NCBI RefSeq assembly: GCF_026571515.1
Contig: NW_026852439.1
Location: forward strand, 62,001-126,000
DNA: 64,000 bases
Source: Ruditapes philippinarum
Lineage: Eukaryota
Direction: 5' to 3'
The position numbers and the translations under genes are program-made. The notes under the pieces were generated by a model. The model was not told where the DNA came from, ran no database searches, and saw only the letters and a program-made list of their open reading frames with translations. This document shows positions 1 through 13,399 of the stretch, piece by piece; positions within the stretch are counted from its first letter, which is position 1, and each line of letters begins with the position of its first letter.

Positions 1-2950
1 AATGTTTAACGAGTAACTTGCTGGAAACTGTAACAGCACATAACAATTTTTTTAGATAAGTGAAAGGCAGTCAGAAATGAGTCTGTTTTCCTAATCCATT
101 TAGTCTTTTTCAAATAACGATGTGCAAATTTAGCCTTCTACACTCAGTATAATATTGTTGGATAAATTTCTTTAACTGCTTTGTAAAATTGAGTATATTC
201 TCCCGCCTCATTCCTTTTACAACTGTCTTTTGTCTAACCTCTGAATTAAAGCTTCACGGCTGCACAATAAGAATAGATTTATGCTGTTTATTGTTTGTCT
301 TTGAAATATACATTTATTAAAATAAGATGAACGCGAAAAAGTCTCATACATTGTTGAAACTCATGTCTGCATACAGTCTGATTTCTTGCAGGCGATATTT
401 GTATTTTGAGTTTTTCAAGAAAACGCCGAGACGATATGAACGCCTAGAAAATGATTAATCACGCTTAATACAAGCTAGAAAACGTATGAAATAAGTGTTA
501 ATATCTATATATGTAAACTAACACACTACAAAAAATCTAGTTCTCTACTGCAAGAGACAAATAGTCGTGTTCTGGCAATTTGTGCTCAATCAATTTTGGT
601 TATTCACCTTACTTACCTTACTTACGTCATAGTCTACCGGTTAGTTGCCATAAACGATATCAATGCCCCCAACATTGATAAAGTCAACGACTCATTATGT
701 GTGTTGCATTTGAATTGTCTTCAAATTTTCTCATTGTTCAGTATGATAGATTACAGTATTTTATTAATTTATTTGAAGTACAAACATGGAGAAATATGTA
801 GAGATATATCTTAAGCGCTAAAATTAACTAATTTGTTTTGCAAAAATGTAAATTAAGTCCTTTTAAGACGCTTTGGTTCATTTTGACAGGAAACACAATA
901 ATACGTGTTTTTCTGACAAAATAATCCTTTTTAAAGTCCGCTTTTATTAACGAAATGATTTTCAACATTTGCATACATTATCAATGTTCTCTAAAAGAAT
1001 TTGTTGATGCTATCAGAATCATTTGGAATAAAAGGACATAGCAGCAACATGCGAGAATTTTCTTGTGCAATTTTTAAATATGTCCGACAAAAAAATGCTC
1101 TTGTTGCTTACAAAATAAAAAATAAAAATAAAAAAGATAAATGCATGTTCTTAAATTTGCATTTGAGGACAATTAATGACACCTAAATGCTCCTGTATGT
1201 GCATAATTTGAATTAACTTAAACCATCGTAGACGAAGCCAAACTATGACAATTACATAATTATATGCGATAGTTAATGACAAGCGCTCAAGGTAAATAAA
1301 ATAAAATAAAATAATTTATGTTTGTCCTAAATCAAAGCCGGGGAGAAATAACTAAATTACGCAAGTTTCTGTTCAGCATTACGAGTCTCTTTTATTTGTA
1401 ACATTTTTAAACAATCTATTGGAAGTTAAGATTTGTATGACTATACATGTAGTAATAGAAGTTTAGAATATTGTTCAGAAATATAACAAATTTGTCTTGT
1501 AATTTTAAGTTTATATGGCACATAGTTTTATGTAAAGCAGAAAAAATTTTTGGCTTGAAACTGAAGAAAACCTGTAACTGATCTATAAAGTATGTTGAAT
1601 TTCATTATAAACATTTTCTGATACATGACGTAAGAATGATGCAAAAATCTCCGTGTAAAATAGTTTTACTCGCTTTTATTAAATAAAATGATTTCTTTAT
1701 ATGAAAAATGTAACTGTCGGCAACAATAAGTTAACTATTTAGAAAACACATCAGTTTGGTATATATGAGGCCACATTTAAACTTACTAAAAGCAGCAACC
1801 TTCCAGACAAGAGTAAATTGAGTAAATTGAGTGATAAATTACATAAATTCTATTTCTGTGAAAGTATATCTCCATGGAAATTGCTTATTTCCTTTTTTGT
1901 CTGGTGTAAACATGCAACAGCAATTATCGAAATTGAAATTCACAGTAGTATATGTGCATGCCATTGCAAAGCTTCCTAAGAGTTCCGGTAAATAAGAAGT
2001 GGAACTCATTTTGATTAAAATTTCCGCCGCCTTTTATGCCACTTTTTGCAAATATATTTGTAAAGTTTTGTTTTATAAAAAGCTAAATATTTAAACGGTG
2101 TTGCTTAATACTCTGTACTTAGTTAATATTACGTCATTTCCTTTTATTAATATAATTGACATATTAGACTCATGCCAGACCATGAAGCTTGTGCACTTAC
2201 ACATCTTTTAGAAACTGCTAAAAATTATAAATGTGATAGTATTCAATTAAACTGATTCACCATTGCGGCTATTTTTTTAATTGGTTGTTACTTTAATATA
2301 AAGATCCTCCCACTTTTCAAGTACATAATTGTATTATACATTAGTTAAAGAAAATGCACTGCAGAACATATTGACAATCTAATTTCATTCTTGGAATGCA
2401 TCTTTCCGTTTAAGTAAATGAAAACTGGCAGCACAATGGAGCTGATTACAGGCCTTCGTATGATGATTTGTCTGCAAAAAAAGAGAGAAAAAAATGAGGC
2501 AACAACAACAACAACAACAACAACAAAAAACAAAAACAAAACTATATACAATGTATATAGGAAAAAATAAAATATACTTCTAGGAAATAAGCATTATATA
2601 ACAAGTATTGCATTGCATTGCATCTCCTACAAAGATACTTTATAGCTTTGCGAAAAACCCCTTGTATTCGTAGGATTTAAATAGAAATATAATGTGCACT
2701 TAGCCTTTGGAATTTTGTAAAATATGTCAAACAAGCAAGTATATCAACAATAAATAACAAAAAAATGTCTTTTTATTTTGATTGTCAAGGAAGGCTATGT
2801 ATATGTGGCAGTCATAAATTACTTATTATAATGACTTTCCATAACTACATACTACTTAATCTAGAGAAAAAGTATTAAAAGCGATAGGTTATTTCTGTGG
2901 CATGCATCTGGAAACAAGTCTATGTCACTTTCAATACTTTTTCAATGTAT
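1..2950 (+). pseudogene. TLR pseudogene A1 (5' end at or beyond the window edge; TIR 3' part inverted)
   Basis: LRR-like KLETYEISVN (~473-505); LRRCT-like FCESISPW (~1855-1878); post-TM YN*HIRLMPDHEA (2151-2189), matching the bivalve TLR motif RWHIRLxLYEA; TIR box1-like YKCD...KILPL (~2226-2315). The rest of the TIR lies inverted at ~2640-2950. Many stops and frameshifts. Confidence 0.75.
2500..2526. repeat. (CAA)n microsatellite
   Basis: Direct reading. Confidence 0.95.
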
Positions 2951-3449
2951 ATACTAATACTATATTTGTTAGTATTGCGTATATTAGGAATACTGTTCCT
3001 CGTTATTTTTATTGATAATACATGTATAAGTAATTGTCGATGACTCTCATATAAAAAAGCAATTAAAAGGTAAAACAGTTATGTCATCTTTGAATATTTC
3101 CAACATGTTTATTCCCATTGAATTCGTTTCTGTTAACATAAAAAAAAATGTGAATTGGTTTCCAGGTTTAAAAGTAAGGATTATAGGAAAGGAACCGACG
3201 TGTGATGATTTTCTGTCACATCTTTGGAAGTAAAACACATGTTCTTGTTATATGAAAACATGTTTTTGCCAGGCACAATCTTTAAATGCATTTAGGCATT
3301 GCCTGAATAAGTCTCTTTTTCACTTTGTTCGAATAATTTAATGAGTTTATTGCTTATGACAGCTCTATCTCTGAAATAAATTGATGTATTTCTGTTCCGC
3401 TGATAAAACTGACACGATTGATTAATATTGGCAATAACATTTATTAAGA

Positions 3450-6400
3450 TATATTCCAATATTTGCCTTGAAATTAATATATTACATTAGAACTTCTAAA
3501 TAGCGCCACGCACGCTCTGGTTTGTTGTTTACGTAAGGTCTATGAATACAGACATAGAGACGCCGTGTGTTTTTGTCTGAAATAGTATGTTTAGAGTTAT
3601 ATGTAATAACATTTATACATAATCTATTTAGTTTAACTGTGTAGGGAGTTATGAGCTTACAGGCTTGAATCAGTTCAACGAACACACCTAGACTGAATAA
3701 TAAATGTAAAACATGTAAAATGTTTACTCAAGGAAGCGATGGCTTGTCATTCCAAGTGACTTGCGATTTGTGCTGGTGCGCCGTAAAACCAAACAAAACA
3801 AAACGATCCTTACATTACTGACTGGACGCGTTAAACTTTCGGCTATAATATTATATTTCATTTTAAAATTTAGTATTTTAGTATTTTTACTACAATTTGA
3901 GAATATAAGAACATTGTTGTGGTTCGTGAATTTGTCACGTGGCAGTATTTGCGTTTTAGATATACTTACATATAAAATACGCCGATTTTTGTAGGAACTA
4001 CCGAACATAAATATGCAAAACATAATATTTATTGATCTCGCCGGCTGTATTCTTTTCAAACGTTTCTTTATTTTACTTTCAAATTGCATTACATTTTATT
4101 TTTATAGAATAAGCAAATGACTGTATTATGTTCGAAATCCTGTCAATGGGCGCGGGTAATTTAATCTTAAACAATTCTATCGTGAAAAGCATATTTAATG
4201 AAACCACCCAGGTATTTTATCTCATTTTTGAAGTGTTGAACATTTTTATCGTTGCACACATAGTCTTTTTATAATTTGATTATCTTTAATTTTCAGAAAC
4301 TATTTCTGGAGGGCAGGAATAGTTTCCACGAAAGGTCAGACATTTCTGTTTGAATTAACACTTTGGCTTTGATATTGTTTCTACTCCGACAATGATATGC
4401 TCATTTTTGCCAAATTGTAGGAAGATTACATCAGGTTAAATTATGTGAAATTTACTCAAATTCAGCTGAAGGTGATCGAATGAACAACGTTGTTAAGAAA
4501 TCATCAATATTACACACTTTGTTTATGTTAAAATATTGCATTTTGTCATGTTTACGTCAATGTATATTAATAAACTTTGGCATTTGATTGCTTGAAAACA
4601 AAAGTCTCGATAACGTTCTTTATATTAAGACATTAATTATATATTTAATGTATAGGTATGCATAAAGCGATTGGACAGCTTAATATACATGCTGCTTTGG
4701 ATCAATTAGTTGTACATGTATTCTAAGACTTTCAAATTCAATATGACAATTTAACTTGATGTTCAATTTATTGACTCCTGTCATCCTCATTAATAGTGTA
4801 TGTATTGATATGATATCATGAAGACAAAGGCAACAGTCTTGAATAACATGTACATAGAAAAAACATATTGCAGCAGAGTTGTATGATTTATTGGATATGG
4901 TTTAGAAGTTCACATTATATTGCCGCTATAGATAGAATTCTTTTCTACTTCAGACTTTTTAATAACAACACATATTAATAGAAAATGTCGGTCATAAATG
5001 TAACTTGCATATAGTTCATTTTATCATGTTTATATTTTTTGAGGCAGTTGTACCGTTGTAGGAATCAGTTTAACATGCTATCATGGCTATTTATAAACAA
5101 AAATTAGGTGTTTTAAATAATATTGAGTTTTTATTTTTACGAATTTATTTTATTATTTGATCATTTTTGTTTGTATTTGATAAAATCCTATAATATCATC
5201 ATTTTTATTCCTCAAAGGATTTAAATATTAATTAAGTTCAAACGCAAATACATGTATAATGTACGGATTGATTTGTTCTAAACATTATAACATAAATTCT
5301 TTTCAAGTTGCAGTCATTAAAACTCTCTTTTGTTTGTAATTTTCATATTCGACGTAATGAAATTATTTGCATAATTTATTGGCCCTTCGAGACTTACAAT
5401 TTGGACTTGAAAACAATATTTTCTTTTCATCAATCAAAACTACGAACACTGTAAATATTTGTTTTGTAGGAAGCTAAAAGTTGTTTGATCGTTTGAATTA
5501 TTGAGAACAATTGAGCAATTTACAAAAATCACAATTCATGCATAATTCAGTAAAAAAGAACTTCAGTAGAATAGTTGTGTTTAATATTACAAGGGAATGT
5601 TGTAATTATTTCTCCTTTATTTTTGTACATTACTTTTGGTTTTATAGGAGGTATTCAAGTATTTTTTCTGTATTTTACAAGTAGCAATAGAAACGAGTGA
5701 GAAATGATAATTTTTATGCAACCAGATGAAAATAAATCTCGTATTTACAGGTAAAAACTTTAATTTTCTGTTTATTATATACTTTTTTACATTTGAATGA
5801 CTTCTCCGAAATTTGTGTTAAATTCTTACAGTGGCAATGCAGAAAATGAAAGTAATGCATCAATATTACAATTATAAGTTTATAATCAATAAGGTTATTC
5901 ACATTACCTAGATTTAATTAATAATTGTACTTAACGAAATATATAAACAAAGATAAGTTCAAAACTTTATTGCAAAATTTATTTCAACTCTACAACTAGG
6001 TATTGTTTGTGTAAAAGAAATCATAAGGGTCATAAGACTTATAGAATTGTTAGCTCAGCTAGCACAACAATGACATAATACTGTCTCGTAGGGTTATTTA
6101 TCTTGAAAAATGGAACACATTAAGATGTATGTGTTGCTAAACGAACCTGTCTTTTTTTCGGTAAGTGAACTCAATTTCTAACACCAACGTTAGGCAATTA
6201 TTTTTAAATAATATTTGATTAATATGTAAAATTATGAAAATTATAAATTATTAAACACATCAACTGAACTCATCAATAATCATACAGTATATTAGACACT
6301 TTTGAACATAATAAACTTGATGTACCTGATAAGTTTTGATATTTTTCTCGTTATTTTTGACAAAATTTAAAAATTCAGACTTTGTGTAAAATAAACTCAG

Positions 6401-6740
6401 TAAGTTGTTACGTAAAATAAACAGTTCACTAGAAAATGTAATGTAATGTAAAATGTTTTGTGAGAGGAAGTTTTGTTTATTTTTTTTTTAAATATCTAAG
6501 CAATTTAACTAGAAAGTCAAATAAATTTCCACAAATACATTTTATTTTAGAAATATCCTTTACATTTTATTTTATAGTAATAGCAAGAACTATATTTTAC
6601 ATTTTAGTGAAGAACTATCTTAGAATGACAAAAACTATCCTTTACATTTTATTTTAGACTGGCCAATGAGATTTCTAGATTTTTCTTTTCATTTTACAAT
6701 GATTAAAGAAAACTCTTGTAGTGTTCAGTTCTTGCCTGTC
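3450..6740 (+). pseudogene. TLR pseudogene A2 (paralog of B2)
   Basis: Collinear with 39700-43050; post-TM HIKMYV (~6118); TIR box3-like LDWP at 6654-6665. Confidence 0.65.
3730..3803 (+). mobile_element. SINE 3' end fragment
   Basis: Ends tgtgctggtgcgccgtaaaaccaaacaaaacaaa, like the 3' tails of the other SINEs here; absent from copy B. Confidence 0.45.
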
Positions 6741-6774
6741 AATTTTACAAGAAGTCAAGTATATTTTAGACCGG

Positions 6775-7050
6775 TGTAACATTGTAAAGTGACCCCCACA
6801 GAATAATGATCCTAGGTCATTATTTTATATATAATAGTGACCCCCTTCGATAAAATAGTGACCCCCTTATATATAGGATAATGACCCCCTACTTTATCTA
6901 TAAAATATTGACCACTGACTAATATACTCTGTTAACGTCATATAACAATTGCGTATACGTGTTGTTGTTGTTGTTGTTGTGGTGGTGGTGGTGGTGCCTG
7001 TTGCTGCTTTTGGTTCTACTGCTGCTACTGCCGCGACAACAGCTGATAAA
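6775..7050. repeat. TGACCCC-motif minisatellite element followed by (GTT)n(GGT)n microsatellite
   Basis: Repeated (a/g)tgacccc units at 6789-6915 and simple repeats at 6960-7040. Homology to copy B stops here. Confidence 0.7.
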
Positions 7051-7410
7051 ACAACAGTAAAACAGATGTTCCGCTAAGAATAAGCGAACATTTTATAAAA
7101 ATGAAATTTAAAGTTCTTAATGCTAAATGCAAATTTTCCTATCTGAAAGAGTGTTCAATTTCAGTGTGTCTCGGTAAAGTTTAAGTTCAAAGCCCAGAGC
7201 AAAGCAATCTTATTTTCTTCATATTTTTCTGTCATTTAGGCATTTCAGCTATAAAGGTAATCATCTGTTTATAGGTAAATTGGTATTTTGACTGAAAGAA
7301 GTTAGTTCTTTATCACATAATTTTTAGAACTAAAAGTACCAAATACCGTGCATATAAAGAAACCATGTGTCACCTGAATTTTCTCTGAGCTGCACTCTCA
7401 CTCAGTGCGT

Positions 7411-7460
7411 ACTGGCGCAATGATATATCGTCCGCTTCGTAACTGTTCGAATCCCGGAAA
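7411..7460 (+). mobile_element. tRNA-derived SINE head remnant
   Basis: A-box-like tggcgcaatg and B-box gttcgaatcc; no complete cloverleaf. Confidence 0.45.
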
Positions 7461-7699
7461 AGTCGTTTAATCAAATATTTAGTTGTTGTGCTTAGTTACT
7501 TTTCAATCTTATAAATGTTATATTTCATGTAAATAGAGCTACTTGAGAACATGCAGTTTTACACTGATTTGTATTCAGCATAAATCCAGTCAGCTTAAGG
7601 AGATGTACAACTGATCATAATGCACTCAAAAGCAGGTTCGAAATTGAAATACTGTTCTTATAATAACACCATATTGCCAATAATGTAAGGTTATGTAAC

Positions 7700-8950
7700 A
7701 TATAAATTAAATTATCATACAGAGTGCATTCAAGGAGACGACTTTATAGCACAGAAAGTGTAGTGTTTTGGCATATTCGTGTTGCATGCAATCTGTTTAT
7801 GATCTTTTTTTTATCAGACACATTGTTTTCCAGTCTAGTTTGTGCTTATTTTCTATGACATTCAAATTCATGAGAAAGGCAATGATCCATTAAAGTATAT
7901 TTTATTGATAAAAAGGAATTTAAGGTTTTTAGACTAACAGCATATTTTACACGTCATAATATTTTATTTCTATTTATCTCATGATAATGGACGAATTAAA
8001 ATTAATGGTATATTGCATTGTTTTGCCTTCTAAATCGGTATTGATACTTTAAAAATGTATGTATATGCAGTTTTTACTTCCCTTCGCATTTTAGTATGTT
8101 GGTTGTACACAAACAATTTATAAAATTGCCATTAGTATACATGTATTATAAAACCAAAATATGTTATTAAGATCTATAAAAATATTTAAACTCTATAATT
8201 TAAAAACATAATAAACATATCATTAAATTTTATATGCATTTATCTCTTGAATAGCATATTTTATTGATAAATGTTAGAAAATTGTTATAATGCTACCGCT
8301 ATATAACAGTATTATTTGTATTTCTGTTGATGGAAACATAGCGATCTATTGATTTCTTTAATGCTTTTTTTGTAAGAAAGGAAACCAAAGCTCAAAATAT
8401 TAATAATTGCATAGTAGGAATTTACAACTAATCTTCTATTTAATACAAATATCAATTATTGACATACATCTTGCAGCAAGTCAAGCTAATATTATTTCTT
8501 GTAAAGGGAATACAAACCATTAAGTCAATACCTTATTATATCTCCTAACGAAAAGTGTACTTTCTACATTCTACTTTTGAACTAAGTCAGCGAAGAATTA
8601 TCACTTTTGTTTCTGGAGGGCTTCTGTCAGACGAACAATTCTAAATTTCGTCAGAAGATATCATTCAATAGAAATTCATGCTTAATTGCAGAGTTTAAAT
8701 GCAAAATTTATCCGTTGTAATTAACATTCTTTGAAAGTTTTAAGAATAAAATCGTTAAATCAACACTAACGAGAAATTTTGCAAGGCACGTGTAAGCCTA
8801 TTACGCCAGCACAGCGTCACGGGCTGGCTTGATCATATTTTAATTTATGCAATATTTTATTTTTAACCAAGCTCTGTGAAACATTTATATTATAAGCACA
8901 AAAACAAGTACATTGATAATTGTTCTCACAAACGTCATGTTAAGAATATA
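7700..8950 (+). pseudogene. TLR/LRR ectodomain fragment T2
   Basis: KLKILIIA (~8388); LSLLFLEGFCQTNNSKF...FKC...NKIVK (8598-8760). 8140-8510 is homologous to 9560-9950 and 8510-8790 to 11305-11600. Confidence 0.55.
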
Positions 8951-8964
8951 AAAGCAACAGTTCA

Positions 8965-9186
8965 TTTTGGGGTTTGGGTTTTACTTTGAGACAACATAGT
9001 ATAGGTCATATGGCAACTTTCCAGCTTTATACTAGTGGAGAAAGGCCTCAGGTGCCCTTTCTGCATTTTTATCAGGCACGAACCTCCCTGAGTAGAACAA
9101 GCTACCTGGATAGCTTCTTCATATGAAAGAGTCCAAAATTTCTGTGTATGGGACAACGACCTTAACAACTCGGTCGGGGACGCCCC
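8965..9186 (-). mobile_element. tRNA-derived Meta-domain-type SINE
   Basis: Reverse strand reads gaagaagctatccaggtagc...gtgcctgataaaaatgcagaaagggcacctgaggcc...aaagctggaaagttgccatatgacctatac, like the copy at 44935. Imperfect TSD aaagcaacagttca / aaagcagtcgttca. Confidence 0.85.
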
Positions 9187-9199
9187 AAAGCAGTCGTTC

Positions 9200-11280
9200 A
9201 GAACCAGTGCTTTGTTTTGTATACAAATGTAATTGTAAGTGAAACTGACAATGGTACGGAAAGTCATAGGATAGGTCGCAAATGCAACACTAATGCAGAC
9301 ATGGATTTTATGAAAACGAACATAAGTCACCTTTGTGTCAAAATATATCTCAAAGGAAATTAAATTACTCCAAACCCTACAGTGAAATGCAGTAGCAATT
9401 ATTTTGATTAAAATTTCTGAAGGACTTAACACGGTAAATAACGTGAAGATAATTGGAATACTGTTAAAAAGTCTACTGTATGCGTCAATGGATTTTTGCT
9501 TTTTCAAATAATGTCTCTCCAAACAAAACTGATAATTGCCATGATCATAAAATGTTTATTAGTATTATAATAAAACAAAATTAGGTTATTACGATCTGTA
9601 AAAATTTACTTAAACCCTATTTACTTAAATTTAAATCTTAAAAGAAATAAAAATATCATAAGCTTTTGTATGATAATCATATCTTGAATAGCATCTTTCA
9701 TGGTTTAATGTTCAAATGCTACCGCTACACAGTATATAACAGTATTATTTGTATTTCAGTATATGGAAATGTAGCAATCAATTTATTGATTTCATTACTG
9801 CATTTTAAGTTGTAAAAGATACCAAAGCTTAAATAATTAATTATATAAAAGGAAGTCAGACCCAAATCTCATTGTTTTTAATACAAATATCAATAATTGA
9901 CATACATCTTGCAATTAGTCCATTTAAAGTTATTTCTCGTAAAGGGATTCATATACCAAAATAATAAAAAAAGCTTTCACTGAAAATACATTGATTTGTT
10001 TTAGCTTGGCATTAGATTCTTTGCTATTGATTTCAATGTTAATAACCTTTTGCAGCTCTTCCCAGTGGTTGCAAAATAATAGTTTCCAGTCACTGTTATG
10101 TGAATTTATCTCAATTATATCTTAATGGGTAGGATAATGATACACTTAGCAATATTATTTGAGAAATCAATTTCACGTTATTGTTATTATTCCATTTAAT
10201 AGTTTAGTATTATAGAACTCAATTCCAGAAATATATTTATTTAAATAAATATAAAAGTATGCGACTGAATGTTTTTATTTGTGAACATTTTTTTTTCAGG
10301 AAAAAATACAGAATAATTAGCGATTAATATTTCATTAACACTAAGACATCTAAAAGAGTTTTGATAACATTTCACGATTTGAACGCCTTATTAGCATTAA
10401 AAATCGTACTTTAAAGTTGTAGTGTTAAACTATAAAATTATTGATTAATGCAATCTATTTCCAAAGGAGACAATTTTGTAGTTTTACACAATCAAAATTA
10501 CACCGAAGGCAAGCAAAAACGATGTGTTTACTATTCATAAGTTTTTCAATTTAACTAAAATCATAAGATAAGCTTACTAAACTCCATCGCTGAGTATAAA
10601 GGAAAAGAAATGCAAATTGTCCAACGGTTATTGGTACATTATTCCAAATTTAGTGTTTTTATTTTCATTCTTGAAGCGTGGAGAGATAAGGGAACTTAAA
10701 TAAAGACTAAAAAAAAACCTTACCACACATTCATACTATCTTTGTATCGGATGTTAATATTTATTTTTCATTTATAACATTTATAATGAGCAATGATATT
10801 GAAATGTCTATTTACTTCATTTACTACAGTTACTTTTATTCTACCTTTCCAATGTTAAATTTATAAACCACTTAATAAGTAATTTTGAAACGATGAAAAA
10901 ATGCTCCAAATTACTTTTTACTCAAAATTAAATACAAATTGTCAACATGGTGCAGACGGTTCCAGGAAATACAGTTCACTTATGTTTGCAAAATGTGTTT
11001 ATTCCAAACTATGTGTGACACACAGACTTCTCTTGTCAGCAAAGTAATGCAAAATCACTATATTATTGTTTGCGCACTCAGGATATATCGCAACACCTCT
11101 TAGATGTTAGACATATGTCAGACTGCATCGAAACATCATGTTCGACTATAATAGAGAAACGTGTTTTGTGGTATTTTTGTTAATTTCAATCTGAGAACAT
11201 CATTTGAAATATCATTCATGCATCATTTGAAATATTATTCAAGAAAACCTATGCAGACAAGGGAAAATAATAAAAAAAAC
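9200..11280 (+). pseudogene. TLR pseudogene T3
   Basis: NISHLCVKIYLKGN (~9319-9360); AIDFNVNNLLQLFP and NLSQLYLNG (10023-10130); weak TIR-like KLCV and MFDYN (11006-11152). Confidence 0.6.
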
Positions 11281-11299
11281 CAAGTTAACTGACTTTAAA

Positions 11300-13300
11300 T
11301 CTTTTACGTAACACACCTATTTTAGTCAAAACATTATTTTATCTACTTACGAAAAGTAAGATAAGTAAGCGAAGAATTATCACTTCTACAGCATACAACG
11401 TAGCTTATCCCAACAACTCGTTTTGGCTTATGGGATATGAGTTTCTGGAGGATTTCTGTCAGACGAAAATTTCATCAATAGAACTGAAATTCCTGCTGCA
11501 GAGTTGATGCAGGATTGATCCGCTGTAATTCATTATCTGCCAAAGATTTAAGAGTAAAAGCACTAAATTATCCTTAATGAGAAAGATTCGAGACATGAAT
11601 TAAATATCTAGATAATGTAGTTAATACGGCGATGATCAACTGCTGAGTGTTGATGTTTGCGATATATGTTACGAAAACATTTGATAACACACAATTTTAT
11701 CTTTGACAATTTAATATAATGCACGTGAGTATAATGCTCAGTGGTGTAAACATATTTTAGCACAATGCAATTTAAGAAAGAGATAATTATCATTTTGATG
11801 ATATCAATCTTTGTAATAAAATTTCATCACCAAATTCATTCTACCAAACAAAAAGTACTTTTTTGCTGTTTTCAATTATTTGATAACTATCGTGAACGGT
11901 AAAAACGAAACACGGAAATGTGTGATTTTATCTTGTATTTTATCTAATGCCTATAAAATTATGCTATTTTTTAGATCTAAAGATAATTCGTTAAAGTCGT
12001 TTCTAGCATACAGTTGTGATAAAATAGCGTTTTAAGTAGCGATTTAAAATATTATATAGTTTAAACAGAAATATATTTTCAGATATAAATTGCGTACAAA
12101 ACAACACAGCACCACTTACAACTTCAAACAAAAAAGTAATTAAATGCTTCTCAATCTGACATAGTACAATAAAATTGTAGTATCTAAAATTTACTTTACA
12201 CTTTTTTTTTAAAATTATATTTAAATTGTATTTGTTCTACGTACTGGTATATTAAGGAGCTTTTCTTATATTTTACAATGTAACATATTTAAGGTGATCA
12301 ATTGTGAAGATTAAACGAAAGGCATTTCTGTAACCTTGAAACGCCACTTACGCCTGTTATAAAACGCGAGGACAACAAATTTCGAAATAACTACCTTACA
12401 AATAGAAAGTAGTTTCAAAATCTGACTTAAACATGCGATTTTCTAATGACATTACAAGTATTAAAGGCCAAAAAAATGAAATACAGTAGGTGTTTTAATG
12501 CTATTATTATAAGGGATAAAATCAAACTTTAAATTTTTGCTGAAATTCGATAATGCATAACGTATAGACATGCATCCGATGTACATGTCTTTGTTGTAAG
12601 TACCTTTTGAACAAAATAAAAAAATAATATAATATATGAGAAAAAGTGATCAATTAATCAGAGGACCGTTGTAGTAGCTATCTAATTTTTAAAGGATAAA
12701 AGCTTTAAGGTTTTTTAATGTCTTCTGCATATATTTTGCAGTTCCGAACGTTTAGGCAGAAATTAAATGCTTTCAGAGACATGATATAGTTGAATGTCTT
12801 TTCACAATTTCTCTGGTGCCGACATGTTAATGTTACATCAACAATAAATTGTAATTTTAAGCCGAGTGTTCGCGGCAGACGAATTTATAACAAGTAAATA
12901 AAAACCGTTTCAACTGCTTTACGACCCGTATCTCCATAGTAATAGACAACGTTCTTGGTTTTTTCTGGTTTAATTGATTCCGTAAAAGGAAGTTTCTGCG
13001 AGGCTTATATACATGATGGCTGCATTGTTACGCAACTAGGCTACGGATGATCTCTCCATTAACATTTAGACTTTTAAAAACTTATTGTAATGAATAAACC
13101 AAACAGTATCAAAACCTTACATTTTAGAACAATCATTTATGCTAAAGAATATCTTCAAAAGGAAAGGAGAATCCAATTAGATGACACAGCTGTCAATAAC
13201 TTCAATGATATTTCTCATTTTGAACTTATATATACATAGCAAAAATGATTTTATTCGCATCAAATGGACATCAAATAAATATTTAAGCTATCTTGTGTAT
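11300..13300 (+). pseudogene. TLR pseudogene T4 (5'-truncated)
   Basis: LRR stretch homologous to T2 and to the minus-strand copies at 33100-33350 and 53350-53600; INLCNKISS (~11803); TIR box1-like YDPYLHS...W (~12920-12960). Confidence 0.55.
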
Positions 13301-13399
13301 AATCTCTCGCATTTGCTTTTATAAACTTTTGTTTTATGTTGTAAATTTTGCGACATAATTACAGTATGTAAACTGTAGCTTTTCAATTACTTAATTTTC

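Larger units (their letters stand above)
1..6775 (+). repeat. Segmental duplication copy A
   Basis: Matches ~37375-43085 and ~62380-64000, for example 1825-1945 vs 38660-38785 with few mismatches. Confidence 0.95.

Noticed and set aside
8962-9522. Longest ORF (186 aa, minus strand)
   Set aside because: It runs antisense to T3 and through a SINE and has no recognisable domain, so it is a chance ORF.
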